DNA of 64,000 nt. Source: Alphaproteobacteria bacterium. Lineage in GTDB: Bacteria > Pseudomonadota > Alphaproteobacteria > UBA2966. Location of the stretch: positions 1,088,001-1,152,000 of the forward strand of contig OZ219856.1 of the NCBI GenBank assembly GCA_964291395.2. Reading direction: 5' to 3'. A model generated the notes under the pieces. That model had not been told where the DNA came from, searched no databases, and saw nothing but the letters and a program-made list of their open reading frames with translations. Positions 53,219 through 62,429 of this stretch are shown here, one piece after another; position 1 is the first letter of the stretch, and the number at the start of each line of letters is the position of its first letter. Made by a program: the position numbers and the translations under genes.

Positions 53219-53974
53219 TTAGTGCGCAAAGCGCTTCATGCCACCGTCCACGTACATGACGGAGCCCGAGATCATGCGGGCCTTCGGCGAGGCCACGAAG
53301 GCCACGAGATTGCCGACATCGTCCGGATCTCCGAATTCCCCGGCCGGGATGTGCTGCGCGGCAAAGGCGAGCTCGTCGTCCACCGTCGGGTAGCCCCGCT
53401 TGTTCTGCTCCGAATGGATACGTCCGGGAATGATGCAGTTCGACGTCACCCCGTCCTTGGAGTGCTCGCGCGATAGGCCTTTGGACCAAGCCTGCACGGC
53501 CGCGTTGGCGCACGTCGCGGCGTTGATGCCGAACGGCTCCATGGTCCCCGTGACGTTGATGATTCGTCCGTACTTGCGCTCGATCATGCCGGGAAGAAAC
53601 ACGTCCGAAACGCGCCGGGCCGCCCACCATTTCAGGTTCATGATATCGATCCAAACCTGCTCGTCGGTGCCGATCGGGGCCAGAACCATGGCGCCGGCGT
53701 TGTTCACCAGGATGTCGAGTTGGCCGTACCCATCGTCGACCGCCTTCTTGAGAGTCGCGGCCGCGTCGTCGGCCATGATGTCCTGTTTGACCACCAGCGG
53801 GCGCTCGTGGCCGGTCGACTCGATCTCATCCGCGACACCTTCGAGCAGATCGTCGCGGCGGGCAGTGATGATCAACCTGCACCCCTCTTCCGCAAGCACC
53901 CGCGCGATTCCCGTCCCGATGCCGATGCTGGCCCCCGTGACAAGGGCAACCTTACCTTCGATCTGTAGATCCAT
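53219..53974 (-). CDS. SDR family oxidoreductase
   Basis: ALVTGASIGIG, LDILVNNAG, IIPGRI, VDGG. Confidence 0.9.
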   Translation of the reverse strand: MDLQIEGKVALVTGASIGIGTGIARVLAEEGCRLIITARRDDLLEGVADEIESTGHERPLVVKQDIMADDAAATLKKAVDDGYGQLDILVNNAGAMVLAPIGTDEQVWIDIMNLKWWAARRVSDVFLPGMIERKYGRIINVTGTMEPFGINAATCANAAVQAWSKGLSREHSKDGVTSNCIIPGRIHSEQNKRGYPTVDDELAFAAQHIPAGEFGDPDDVGNLVAFVASPKARMISGSVMYVDGGMKRFAH

Positions 53975-54089
53975 ACGTGATCTCCCTGAGCGTTACGCAG
54001 TCTCGAAACCCACCTGGGCAAGGTCGCGAAACGAAACGTCGAGAGGCATGACTCCGGCCGGCGGACCGCCAATCCGCATGAGTCGAGCT

Positions 54090-54983
54090 CTATTTGTCCA
54101 CGGCTTCGAGGAACCCATTGACGACGTCCTGGCTGACGTCGACGGTGTGCTCGGCCCCCGGGAACGCGCCGCTCCGAACTTCGGAAACGAATTCCTTGAA
54201 CGCCGCAACGCGCACCTTCTGCATTTCCTGGCGCATGGCGTAGAGGTCGCAGTACTGTTTGGCGTGGCGCGGGAACGGCGGTTTGCCGTCCCCCAGCAGA
54301 TCCTGGGCGAAAAGGAACTGGATGTCGCCGCCGGATCCCGATCCGATCGATGACGTCACCAGCGTCGTGCGTTTCGAGAGTTCCCGCATGATCGGCGCCG
54401 GAATCACTTCGCACTCAACGCCCCAGGCACCGGCGTTCTCGAGATCCTTAATGTCCCGATGGATTTGCAGTGCCTCTTCTACCGTCTTGCCCACTGCGCG
54501 CAGGCCGCCCGTCCAGGTGCTCTTCCGAGGAACCAACCCGACATGACTCTGAACGGGAATGCCGGCCGCAGCCACCGTCTCGATGAATTCGAGACTCCAT
54601 TGGCACATGATCGAGTCGGCATCCCCCTCCATGGCATCGAAGGCGGCACGTAACGCTTCGGTCTTGCTGGCGTAAGACGTCAACTTTAGGGCGTAGGTCA
54701 TGAACGTATGGGGTGCCGCCCGGCGGCGTTCAAGCGTGGACTGAGGAGCCTTGGGATCGAACCGCAGCTTCATGGTATCGATCCCCGCCTCTTCTGCTGC
54801 CGCGGCCTCCTCCGGCAAATCCGGGTTGGTCTCGACGAGCTGCCGCACGCCCTTGAGGTCTCGGAGGTCCTTGATCGTGTAGTTGCGCAGGCCATAGGCC
54901 CCGGTCATGGACACGATCCTTTTGAGGGGCCGATCGCCAGTAACTGGCGGAGGCACGACAGGATCGCGATCAAATGGCGCCAT
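54090..54983 (-). CDS. Divergent PanB-like (ketopantoate hydroxymethyltransferase fold) protein
   Basis: AAEEAGID, GIPVQSHVGLVP, LRAVGKT, LENAGA...ECEV, SIGSG, EVRSGAFP; no LVGDS motif. Confidence 0.78.
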   Translation of the reverse strand: MAPFDRDPVVPPPVTGDRPLKRIVSMTGAYGLRNYTIKDLRDLKGVRQLVETNPDLPEEAAAAEEAGIDTMKLRFDPKAPQSTLERRRAAPHTFMTYALKLTSYASKTEALRAAFDAMEGDADSIMCQWSLEFIETVAAAGIPVQSHVGLVPRKSTWTGGLRAVGKTVEEALQIHRDIKDLENAGAWGVECEVIPAPIMRELSKRTTLVTSSIGSGSGGDIQFLFAQDLLGDGKPPFPRHAKQYCDLYAMRQEMQKVRVAAFKEFVSEVRSGAFPGAEHTVDVSQDVVNGFLEAVDK

Positions 54984-55367
54984 GGACTTCTCCCTCGTTC
55001 CGGGCCGATGTATTTCCGTAGACAGAGTAACAGGTCAACCGGCAGTCCTCAGACGGCTCCTCCCAATCCCCGACAAAGCTAACAGGATGGAAATTTTACC
55101 GCGAATCCGGCTTCAGCCGTCATGACAGGCCGTGGTCCTCTCTTGATCTCGAAGGTTCCCGTGGGGTCTTCCTGCAGGGTGACCCCCACGCCACGCATCA
55201 GGCGGCTCAATGCAGTGCGCCGACCTCTTGACCGGTTTCGCGACAGTACACGCTTGCGACCTAATTATCCGCGCGCCAGCTCATCGAACCATTTTGAGAC
55301 ATCCCGCGGATCGCCGTCGGCGGCCCGCACCAGCCCATCGAAGTGCCGTGCGAGGCTGCGCACGAGT

Positions 55368-55582
55368 TTGGATACGAAACGGCGCACCCTAGTCAAGACA
55401 GCCGTCTGGCAACTCATGGGCCTCGCCGTCATGTCGCTGATCGGTTGGGTGTTCACTGGCTCGGGGACACAGAGCGGCGCGATCGCCGTCACGGAACGAT
55501 CTGCGGGTTTGTCATCTATTTCCTCAATGAGCGTGCGTGGTCTCGAGTGCGTTGGGGACAGCCCCACCGAATAGACGACTGA
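55368..55582 (+). pseudogene. DUF2061-like membrane protein with a -1 frameshift
   Basis: LDTKRRTLVKTAVWQLMG...FTGS...AIAVT continues in another frame as TICGFVIYFLNERAWSRVRWG; one base appears to be missing near 55494. Confidence 0.75.
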
Positions 55583-55673
55583 TGCCGCTGGAACCGGCGG
55601 GCCGCCTCGACCCCCATGACGCGCTCGGACCCTGAGCTTCGATATTGGTGAGGTCGTCGGAACGCCGCAGGGC

Positions 55674-55940
55674 ATGGACGGACTGTATGTTCACGACCCG
55701 AGCGGCAGCCAGGTTTTCTATTCGCAGCGCGATGCTCTGATCGGCGTCGGCGTCGCGCCCGCTTGCATATGCGAGGACCTGGCCTCGGGACGACCGGTCG
55801 GGCCCAGGGCCGGGCTGGCGCTTGCTGGAGGGGGAGAAAACAACCTGAACGACGAATGGGATGATTGGTACAAACCGTTCCCGGAAGATCGCCACGGTGG
55901 TAGGCTGGAGCCGGCCCTTGGCGAGGCGCGTCTGGGGTAG
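55674..55940 (+). pseudogene. Possible LysR substrate-binding domain remnant
   Basis: ALIGVGVAPACICEDLASGRPV resembles the LysR C-terminal G.GVA.P....DLA.GRLV motif; no HTH seen. Confidence 0.35.
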
Positions 55941-55985
55941 AGGTCCTCTCCTTCATGAGGAGGCCCGGCGATACGATGGACCGCG

Positions 55986-56300
55986 ATGAGCCTCTCCCTC
56001 CACTACAACCCGAACTGTCCGGTTTGCACGCGCCGCGCTTCGCTCACGGCGAAACTGGATTGGTTGCGGGCTATCGATCTGCGCACGGACGACTCCCCGC
56101 TTGGCGAAGTTCCGGCGGGCGAGATCGTCGTCGTCGATAGGCAGGAAAATCGCGTGTTCACGGGGGTCTATGCAACTCGCAAGGTGTGCTTGCGGCTCCC
56201 GTTGCTCTTCTTCTACGGACTGCTGCTGTTCGTACCGCTCGCCCGAAAACTGGTCGGAAAGTCGAGTCCGGGGCGCAATGGAGATGCCTGCGAGGTCTGA
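55986..56300 (+). CDS. DCC1/DUF393-like thiol-disulfide oxidoreductase
   Basis: LHYNPNCPVC, LD, VFTG..A, hydrophobic LPL segment. Confidence 0.7.
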   Translation: MSLSLHYNPNCPVCTRRASLTAKLDWLRAIDLRTDDSPLGEVPAGEIVVVDRQENRVFTGVYATRKVCLRLPLLFFYGLLLFVPLARKLVGKSSPGRNGDACEV

Positions 56301-56688
56301 GGCAATCGTCCTGCTGGTCGTCGCTGCGCTGCATCTGATCGTGGGGATGGTCCACCACTACGCGCATGTTATCGCGGGTGTTCAGAACACCACGCTTGAG
56401 CTGCTGTTCATCCTGCTCGTGGTCGCAATCGCGCCCTGGGCGGCTGTGTATGTCGTGTGGAAGCGGAACCTTCGAACCGGTGCGGCCTTGTTCTCCCTGT
56501 CGATGGCCGCCTCGTTTCTCTTCGGCTACTTGCTTCACTTCGTCATCGACAGCCCCGACCATCATGCGAAGGTCATGAAGATACACATGGGCGTCTTCTT
56601 CCACTCGGCCGTCGGTCTCGCGCTGGTGGAATTCGCCGGGCTCGTCTTTGGGTCGTACTTCTTTCTTCGCGATTTCAACGAATCCTGA
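56284..56688 (+). CDS. His-rich four-TM hypothetical membrane protein
   Basis: Overlaps the DCC1-like gene; LHLIVGMVHHYAH and HFVIDSPDHH motifs. Confidence 0.7.
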   Translation: MPARSEAIVLLVVAALHLIVGMVHHYAHVIAGVQNTTLELLFILLVVAIAPWAAVYVVWKRNLRTGAALFSLSMAASFLFGYLLHFVIDSPDHHAKVMKIHMGVFFHSAVGLALVEFAGLVFGSYFFLRDFNES

Positions 56689-56910
56689 GGAGCATCATCA
56701 CTCCAACGTAAAGGAAAATATGTAACCTTCCTGGGAGGGGAGGATGTCTCGATCTTTCCTCTTTGCTGCTCCACGATCGTCAAGCTCGCTCGACGGCGGA
56801 TTGAGGGCAATGGGTGCAGTGTACAGAAACGCGGCGGACGTGGAGAGGCTCAGGGAGGTCCTCTTGAAGCCGCTCTGAGGACTGGGGCCTTGATGACCAG
56901 CGCGAATCCG

Positions 56911-56940
56911 TTGACATCGCGTCCCAGCGGACCATATCTT
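56911..56940 (+). promoter_or_regulatory. Candidate sigma70 promoter for the MMPL/NHLP export genes
   Basis: TTGACA-N18-TATCTT. Confidence 0.4.
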
Positions 56941-57158
56941 GCCCCTGCATTGGCCTTCAGTCTGTGTTGCCGCGGAAGGTGGGTGCCTTGATCAACCTTG
57001 ATTCGGACTCAATGGGTTCGGAGCACGTGGTCTGAATTGGACTGCTCCCGGCGTAGTGGGGTTCCGCGCGGTGAGTTGGCGTGTTCGCTACTTTGCCATA
57101 AGGCTTCGAATGCAATGAAGCTTGGCGCGCCGCTTGCCCCCAAGGGCGTTCGTAACTA

Positions 57159-59513
57159 GTGGCTCCAAGTCCTGTGGACAAGCGCGGCATGGCAAGAGAG
57201 CAATTCGCAACGCGATTTGTCGAACGGGTGCTCGCGGCCCGTCGGCTGGTCATCTTGACCACGCTGTTCTTGGTTGCGATCGCGTCGAGCGGTATTGCTC
57301 TGCTCGAATTCTCTGCCAACTACCGCATCTTCTTCGACGAAGACAATCCGCAGCTTCTAGCGCTGGAAGCGCTGGAGAATACCTATGGGAAGAACGAAAA
57401 CATCGTATTCCTGGTTGTTCCGGACGATGGTGACGCCACGTCGCAAAGCGCACTCTCGGCCGCCGTCTGGCTTACGGAAGCCGCCTGGCAGACACCATAT
57501 TCGAGGCGCGTCGACTCGCTCGCCAATTTTCAATACACGACCGCCGACGGCGATGATTTGTATGTGCGGGATCTTGTTGATCCACAAGAACTGACCCGAG
57601 CCGAGGCGCGGTCGCGAATCCGTGCCGCCGCTTTGTCCGACCCGCGTATCGCAAGCAGTATTCTAGCCCTAAATGGTGATGTCAGCGTTGTAAACGTTAC
57701 GGTTGAACTGCCGGAAGAGGGCCTGTTGGACGCCGTGGCCGAAGTTGCCGAATTCGCCAGATCGGTCGCTGCGGAGGCAGAAGAACGATTTCCCGACATA
57801 GACCTCCGCATCGTCGGCACGGTCATGATCAACCAAACCTTTTTAGAAGCCTCGATCAGCAGCCAGATGATCTTCCTGCCTGCAAGCCTTCTCCTCATGG
57901 CCTTGGTTCTTGGCGTCCTCACCCGGGGCTGGGCGGGGGTGGTGGCGACTGGGTTTGTCATCGTCTTTTCCATTCTCACGTCGGTGGGCCTGGGCGTATG
58001 GGTCGGTTTACCCTTTTCTCCGCCCATCTCGCCGGCACCGACCATCGTGTTGATGATTGTCGTGGCGAACTGCGTCCACCTATTGGTGGCTTTGCAGCAG
58101 CGTCTGCGTGCTGGGGATTCCAAGCACGATGCCATCGTCGAATCCGTCAGGCTCAACCTGCATCCGGTGTTTCTGGCGAGCCTCACGACGGCGCTTGGAT
58201 TCTTGAGTATGAACTTTTCCGAAGTACCGCCCTATCGTCATCTCGGTAACTTCGTCGCTTTCGGTATCGCCGCCTCCTTCATTCTCTCCGTCACCTTTCT
58301 GCCGGCCCTGCTTTCGCTTCTCCCGATTCGTGCCGCAAAGGACCGACGGCTCCGCGGACCCACAATGAATCTCTTGGCGGATTCTGTGCTGCGCTACAGA
58401 AAGGCGCTAATTTGGGGATGGTTGGCGATTGTGCCCGTGATGATTCTGGCCATTCCGCGCAACGAGCTTAATGATGTCCTGGTTCATTTCTTCGATGAGG
58501 GCGTTGAGTTTCGGCAGGATACGGATTTCATGGACGAGCGCTTGAGCGGCAATACCCTGCTCGAATACTCGTTGGAAGCATCTACCGAGGGCGGTGTCAC
58601 CGACCCCCTTTTCCTCGCTCAGGTTTCGAACTTCGCCGACTGGTACCGTGAGCAGCCCCCTGTACGCCACGTGGCGGTCATCACCGATACCTTTCGGCAA
58701 CTCAACAAGAGCATGCATGGCGACGACCCGACCGCCTACCGGATTCCGGAAAGCAAAGAGTTGGCGGCACAATACCTGTTGCTTTACGAGCTCTCGCTTC
58801 CGCAGGGTCTGGACCTGAACAATCAGATCGACAGATCTAGATCGGCCACGCGAGTGACGATATCGGCGGAGACACTTGATTCACAAGAGGTGCTCGAACT
58901 GAACGCGCGTGCCGAGGCCTGGCTAAAGGAAAACGCGCCGCATGTAGCCGGCGTCAACAGCACCGGTCCCGCGGCGCTGTTCGCCTACATCGGGCAGCGC
59001 AACATCCGCGCCATGCTGGTCGGGACAATGGTCGTGCTCCTGGCCATTTCCGCGATTCTTCTCTTCGCCTTGCGATCACTGCGGCTGGGCTTGATAAGCA
59101 TCGTTCCCAATTTGGTTCCCGCCGTGCTGGGCTTCGGCGTCTGGGGATTGACGGTCGGACAGGTAGGACTCTCGCTATCTGTCGTGGTGGCCATGACCGT
59201 AGGCATCGTTGTGGACGATACGGTACATTTCCTCAGCAAGTATCGCCGTGCGCGGCGTGAATACGGCCAGGGCCCCGAAGAAGCGGTGCGTCACGCTTTT
59301 GATACGGCTGGCCGGGCCCTGGTCACGACGACGGTCGTGCTGGTGGCTGGATTCTTGATATTCGTGTTTTCGCCGTTCGTTCCCACCGCGCAGGTTGGGG
59401 TCTTGACCGCGATGATTATTGCCTTTGCGCTCGTTGCCGACCTGACGCTCCTGCCGGCGCTGTTGACGACGGTGGACCGGACTTCCGCGGAGCGGGCCGC
59501 GCTTGCGACCTGA
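57159..59513 (+). CDS. MMPL/RND family transporter
   Basis: Two repeats of 1 TM + periplasmic loop + 5 TM; LASLTTALGF, GIVVDDTVHF. Confidence 0.92.
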   Translation: MAPSPVDKRGMAREQFATRFVERVLAARRLVILTTLFLVAIASSGIALLEFSANYRIFFDEDNPQLLALEALENTYGKNENIVFLVVPDDGDATSQSALSAAVWLTEAAWQTPYSRRVDSLANFQYTTADGDDLYVRDLVDPQELTRAEARSRIRAAALSDPRIASSILALNGDVSVVNVTVELPEEGLLDAVAEVAEFARSVAAEAEERFPDIDLRIVGTVMINQTFLEASISSQMIFLPASLLLMALVLGVLTRGWAGVVATGFVIVFSILTSVGLGVWVGLPFSPPISPAPTIVLMIVVANCVHLLVALQQRLRAGDSKHDAIVESVRLNLHPVFLASLTTALGFLSMNFSEVPPYRHLGNFVAFGIAASFILSVTFLPALLSLLPIRAAKDRRLRGPTMNLLADSVLRYRKALIWGWLAIVPVMILAIPRNELNDVLVHFFDEGVEFRQDTDFMDERLSGNTLLEYSLEASTEGGVTDPLFLAQVSNFADWYREQPPVRHVAVITDTFRQLNKSMHGDDPTAYRIPESKELAAQYLLLYELSLPQGLDLNNQIDRSRSATRVTISAETLDSQEVLELNARAEAWLKENAPHVAGVNSTGPAALFAYIGQRNIRAMLVGTMVVLLAISAILLFALRSLRLGLISIVPNLVPAVLGFGVWGLTVGQVGLSLSVVVAMTVGIVVDDTVHFLSKYRRARREYGQGPEEAVRHAFDTAGRALVTTTVVLVAGFLIFVFSPFVPTAQVGVLTAMIIAFALVADLTLLPALLTTVDRTSAERAALAT

Positions 59514-59665
59514 TCTGCCGCCTTTTCGAGCGTGATCGTGAGAAATGCAAACTATCCGAGCCTTTCCTGGTCGACAGTGCATATGACCTCCCAAACCTTC
59601 ACTCGAGCCGAATGAGATTTTCCTTGTCCTTGCTTGATCATCTCTAGGGGCGGATACGCACGGTC

Positions 59666-60217
59666 ATGTTCAATAGTCCGTTTGACTCATTTCACAATAC
59701 CGTTGCCGAAGCAAAGGAAGAGCGTGAACAACTCGACCGGCTGCTGACGATTTCCACACCGCGGGAGCGTCTGCTTGTCGCCGTCATCGCTCTCTTGTTG
59801 TTCGTCCTCGCGGCATGGCTCTTCTTTGGCAACGTAGCCCGTAGCGTTGCGGTTGACGGCGTACTGGTCGAGCTTGGCGCAAACTTGTCCGAGGGCAATC
59901 GGACCGTGCAAGCCCTCGTCTGGGTGGAGAGCGATGTCGCGCCGCACATCGAGGCTGGCATGCCGGCGGTAATAGAGCTAGCCATGACGGATGGGGAGGC
60001 GGACACGCTTGACGGAGAGGTCGACACGATTGCCGCCGTACCCTTGTCCGAGGGGCTAGCAGAATTCGGGTCCGCGGCCCCAGTGTCCGTTTACCGCGTC
60101 GATATCGCGCTCGATGAAGGCCTAGATATTGCTTCCCTTGCGGGTAGGAAATGCCGGATCGTCATCGAACTCGGCAGGCAATCTCCGGTCGCACTTTTCA
60201 GAATGAGGCGATCGTAA
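59666..60217 (+). CDS. Short NHLP-type bacteriocin secretion (HlyD-like adaptor) protein
   Basis: EQLDRLLTISTPRE + TM + WLFFG..V.VDGVL N-terminus and C-terminal C...I....QSPVALF, as in NHLP secretion proteins; only 183 aa. Confidence 0.75.
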   Translation: MFNSPFDSFHNTVAEAKEEREQLDRLLTISTPRERLLVAVIALLLFVLAAWLFFGNVARSVAVDGVLVELGANLSEGNRTVQALVWVESDVAPHIEAGMPAVIELAMTDGEADTLDGEVDTIAAVPLSEGLAEFGSAAPVSVYRVDIALDEGLDIASLAGRKCRIVIELGRQSPVALFRMRRS

Positions 60218-60218
60218 A

Positions 60219-62429
60219 ATGCGGCCGGGCGCTTCCAACAAGGCAAGCGACAAGGCCGTATCGGAACTCTCGAAACGAAGGGTAATCACGCCAATTCTGT
60301 TGCAGATGCACGCGACAGAATGTGGTGCCGCCTGCCTCGGCAGCATACTGGCCTACTTCGGGCGCTGGGTGCCGCTTACCGAATTGCGCGAAAAGTGCGA
60401 GGTGAGCCGAGACGGTAGCAGCGCCGCGAGCATCTTACGCGCCTCCAGACACTATGGTCTCGAATGCAGCGGACTCAGCGTACGCGCCGATCAACTGGAA
60501 AAGCTGCAGTTACCTCTGATTGTGTTCTGGCAATTCAGCCATTTCGTCGTCCTCGAAGGGCTCGATGGCCGTAATTATTATCTCAATGACCCGGCCACGG
60601 GGCGACGCAAGCTTTCCGCCGAAGAATTCAACAGGGGCTACAGCGGAATTGCGCTGCGATTCAAGCGCGGCGCCGAATTCAAGCCCGGCGGCGAGTGGCC
60701 CGGCTTGTTCGAGCAATTGAGCACCTTGCTCACCGGATCATGGAGTGTGCTTGCCGGGGCGATTGCATGCGCATTCATGTTGACGTTACTGGCACTTGTG
60801 GTTCCCGCATCCCTCAGTGTCTTCGTGGACAACGTCCTGGAAGAGCATGGGCCCTGGGGCGGATTGGTGGCGGCCCTGCTTGGCGGCGGTATCCTGGTAT
60901 ACGTCCTGTCCTTGCTCAAGCACCGATTTCTGCAGCGGCTCGCAATCCGGATTTCGGTGATTGGCTACAACCGAGGCTTGTCGCGGCTGCTGCGGTTGCC
61001 GGTGGAGTTTTTTGAATACAGGTTGGTCGGCGATTTGACTGATCGAGTCTCGTCCGTCGACAGAATCGCGAAGAATCTGACGGACCAGTTTCTTGTCCTC
61101 GTTGTCGACATGGCAATGAGCGCGGTGTTGCTCGTCGCGATGTTGACCTACGATGTCCTGCTCACGCTGATTGTGCTGTTGCTGGCCCTTCTGCACGGAG
61201 TACTGGCCTACTTCCTCAACGCGCTCCGGGCCGTTCGAAGCCAGGCGATGAGGCGCGAACAGGGATTGTTGATCGGCGTCGGCATGCAGATGTTGAGTCA
61301 TGCGGACAACCTGCGCATGACGGGATCGGATGACCGGTTTTTTTCGCGCTGGAGTGGTCAGCAGGCTCGCGAACTGCATGCGCGCCAGCTCTATGCCGAA
61401 CTGGCCTCCGTCAATACCGCCCTTCCGGGCCTGGTCGCCGCGCTGCGAAGCGCGGCGATCTTGGGCATCGGGGCAAGTATGGTCATGACTGGAGAAATGA
61501 CCCTGGGGGCGCTGGTTGGGATCTATATCTTGGCAGAGATGTTTCTGGCGCCTATCGGGCGCTTTTTGGAGTTCGCCGACAAACGCCACGCGCTCGAAAC
61601 CGATTTGCAACGACTGGAAGACATCTCCAAAGCCGCTGAAGACCCCGCTTTCGGCCGCCGAAGTCGGGAATCGGAGTCGATCCCCACGTTCAACGGCCGG
61701 CTCCAACTTGCAGGTCAACTCGAACTGAGAAACGTCACCTTCGGTTTCAACAAGAGCCGACCGCCTCTGATAAAGGACTTCAACCTCGTGATAAAGCCGG
61801 GGCAGCGGGTTGCCGTGGTCGGTCCCAGCGGTTCCGGCAAGTCGACCTTGGCGCGTCTGGTTTCAGGAATCTATCAGCCTTGGTCAGGCGAAATCCTGCT
61901 TGATGGCTATCCTCGGGATGAGATTCCCGAGGAAGTGCTGCGGCGGTCCATTTCCATGGTGGATCAGGAAGTCGTGCTCTTTTCTGCGTCTCTGCGCGAC
62001 AACATCACGTTGTGGAACCCGGCTGTTCCGGATGAAGTCATCATCGCCGCGACGCGAGATGCCCGCATCCATGACGAAATCCTGCATAGGCCCCTCGGAT
62101 ATTCGACCCTCGTCGAGGAAGGCGGGGCGAATTTCAGCGGCGGCCAGCGGCAACGGCTGGAAATCGCCCGTGCGCTGGTGGGCAATCCGACAGTGCTCGT
62201 TCTGGACGAGGCGACCAGCGCCCTTGATGCCGCGACAGAGGAATATGTCGACGATGCCTTGCGGCGTCGCGGTGTCACCTGCCTGATCCTGGCGCACCGG
62301 CTGAGCACCGTGCGGGATTGCGACGAAATTATCGTGCTCGACAAAGGTGACGAGGTGCAGCGCGGCACGCACGACGAGTTGATCGCGGATCGGGATGGCA
62401 CGTATTACAAGCTGGTCAAGTCAGGCTGA
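60219..62429 (+). CDS. NHLP-family peptidase-containing ABC transporter (C39 peptidase, permease, ATPase)
   Basis: QMHATECGAAC (Cys), WQFSHFVV (His), LNDPA (Asp); GPSGSGKST, FSGGQRQRLEIARAL, LDEATS. Confidence 0.95.
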   Translation: MRPGASNKASDKAVSELSKRRVITPILLQMHATECGAACLGSILAYFGRWVPLTELREKCEVSRDGSSAASILRASRHYGLECSGLSVRADQLEKLQLPLIVFWQFSHFVVLEGLDGRNYYLNDPATGRRKLSAEEFNRGYSGIALRFKRGAEFKPGGEWPGLFEQLSTLLTGSWSVLAGAIACAFMLTLLALVVPASLSVFVDNVLEEHGPWGGLVAALLGGGILVYVLSLLKHRFLQRLAIRISVIGYNRGLSRLLRLPVEFFEYRLVGDLTDRVSSVDRIAKNLTDQFLVLVVDMAMSAVLLVAMLTYDVLLTLIVLLLALLHGVLAYFLNALRAVRSQAMRREQGLLIGVGMQMLSHADNLRMTGSDDRFFSRWSGQQARELHARQLYAELASVNTALPGLVAALRSAAILGIGASMVMTGEMTLGALVGIYILAEMFLAPIGRFLEFADKRHALETDLQRLEDISKAAEDPAFGRRSRESESIPTFNGRLQLAGQLELRNVTFGFNKSRPPLIKDFNLVIKPGQRVAVVGPSGSGKSTLARLVSGIYQPWSGEILLDGYPRDEIPEEVLRRSISMVDQEVVLFSASLRDNITLWNPAVPDEVIIAATRDARIHDEILHRPLGYSTLVEEGGANFSGGQRQRLEIARALVGNPTVLVLDEATSALDAATEEYVDDALRRRGVTCLILAHRLSTVRDCDEIIVLDKGDEVQRGTHDELIADRDGTYYKLVKSG

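Noticed and set aside
56744-56878. 44-aa ORF (MSRSFLFAAPRSSSSLDGGLRAMGAVYRNAADVERLREVLLKPL) after a purine-rich tract, considered as the GG-leader precursor
   Set aside because: The part after GG has no Cys/Ser/Thr for YcaO and there is no NHLP/Nif11 leader. The tail looks more like a remnant of an adenylate-cyclase/TPR protein C-terminus.
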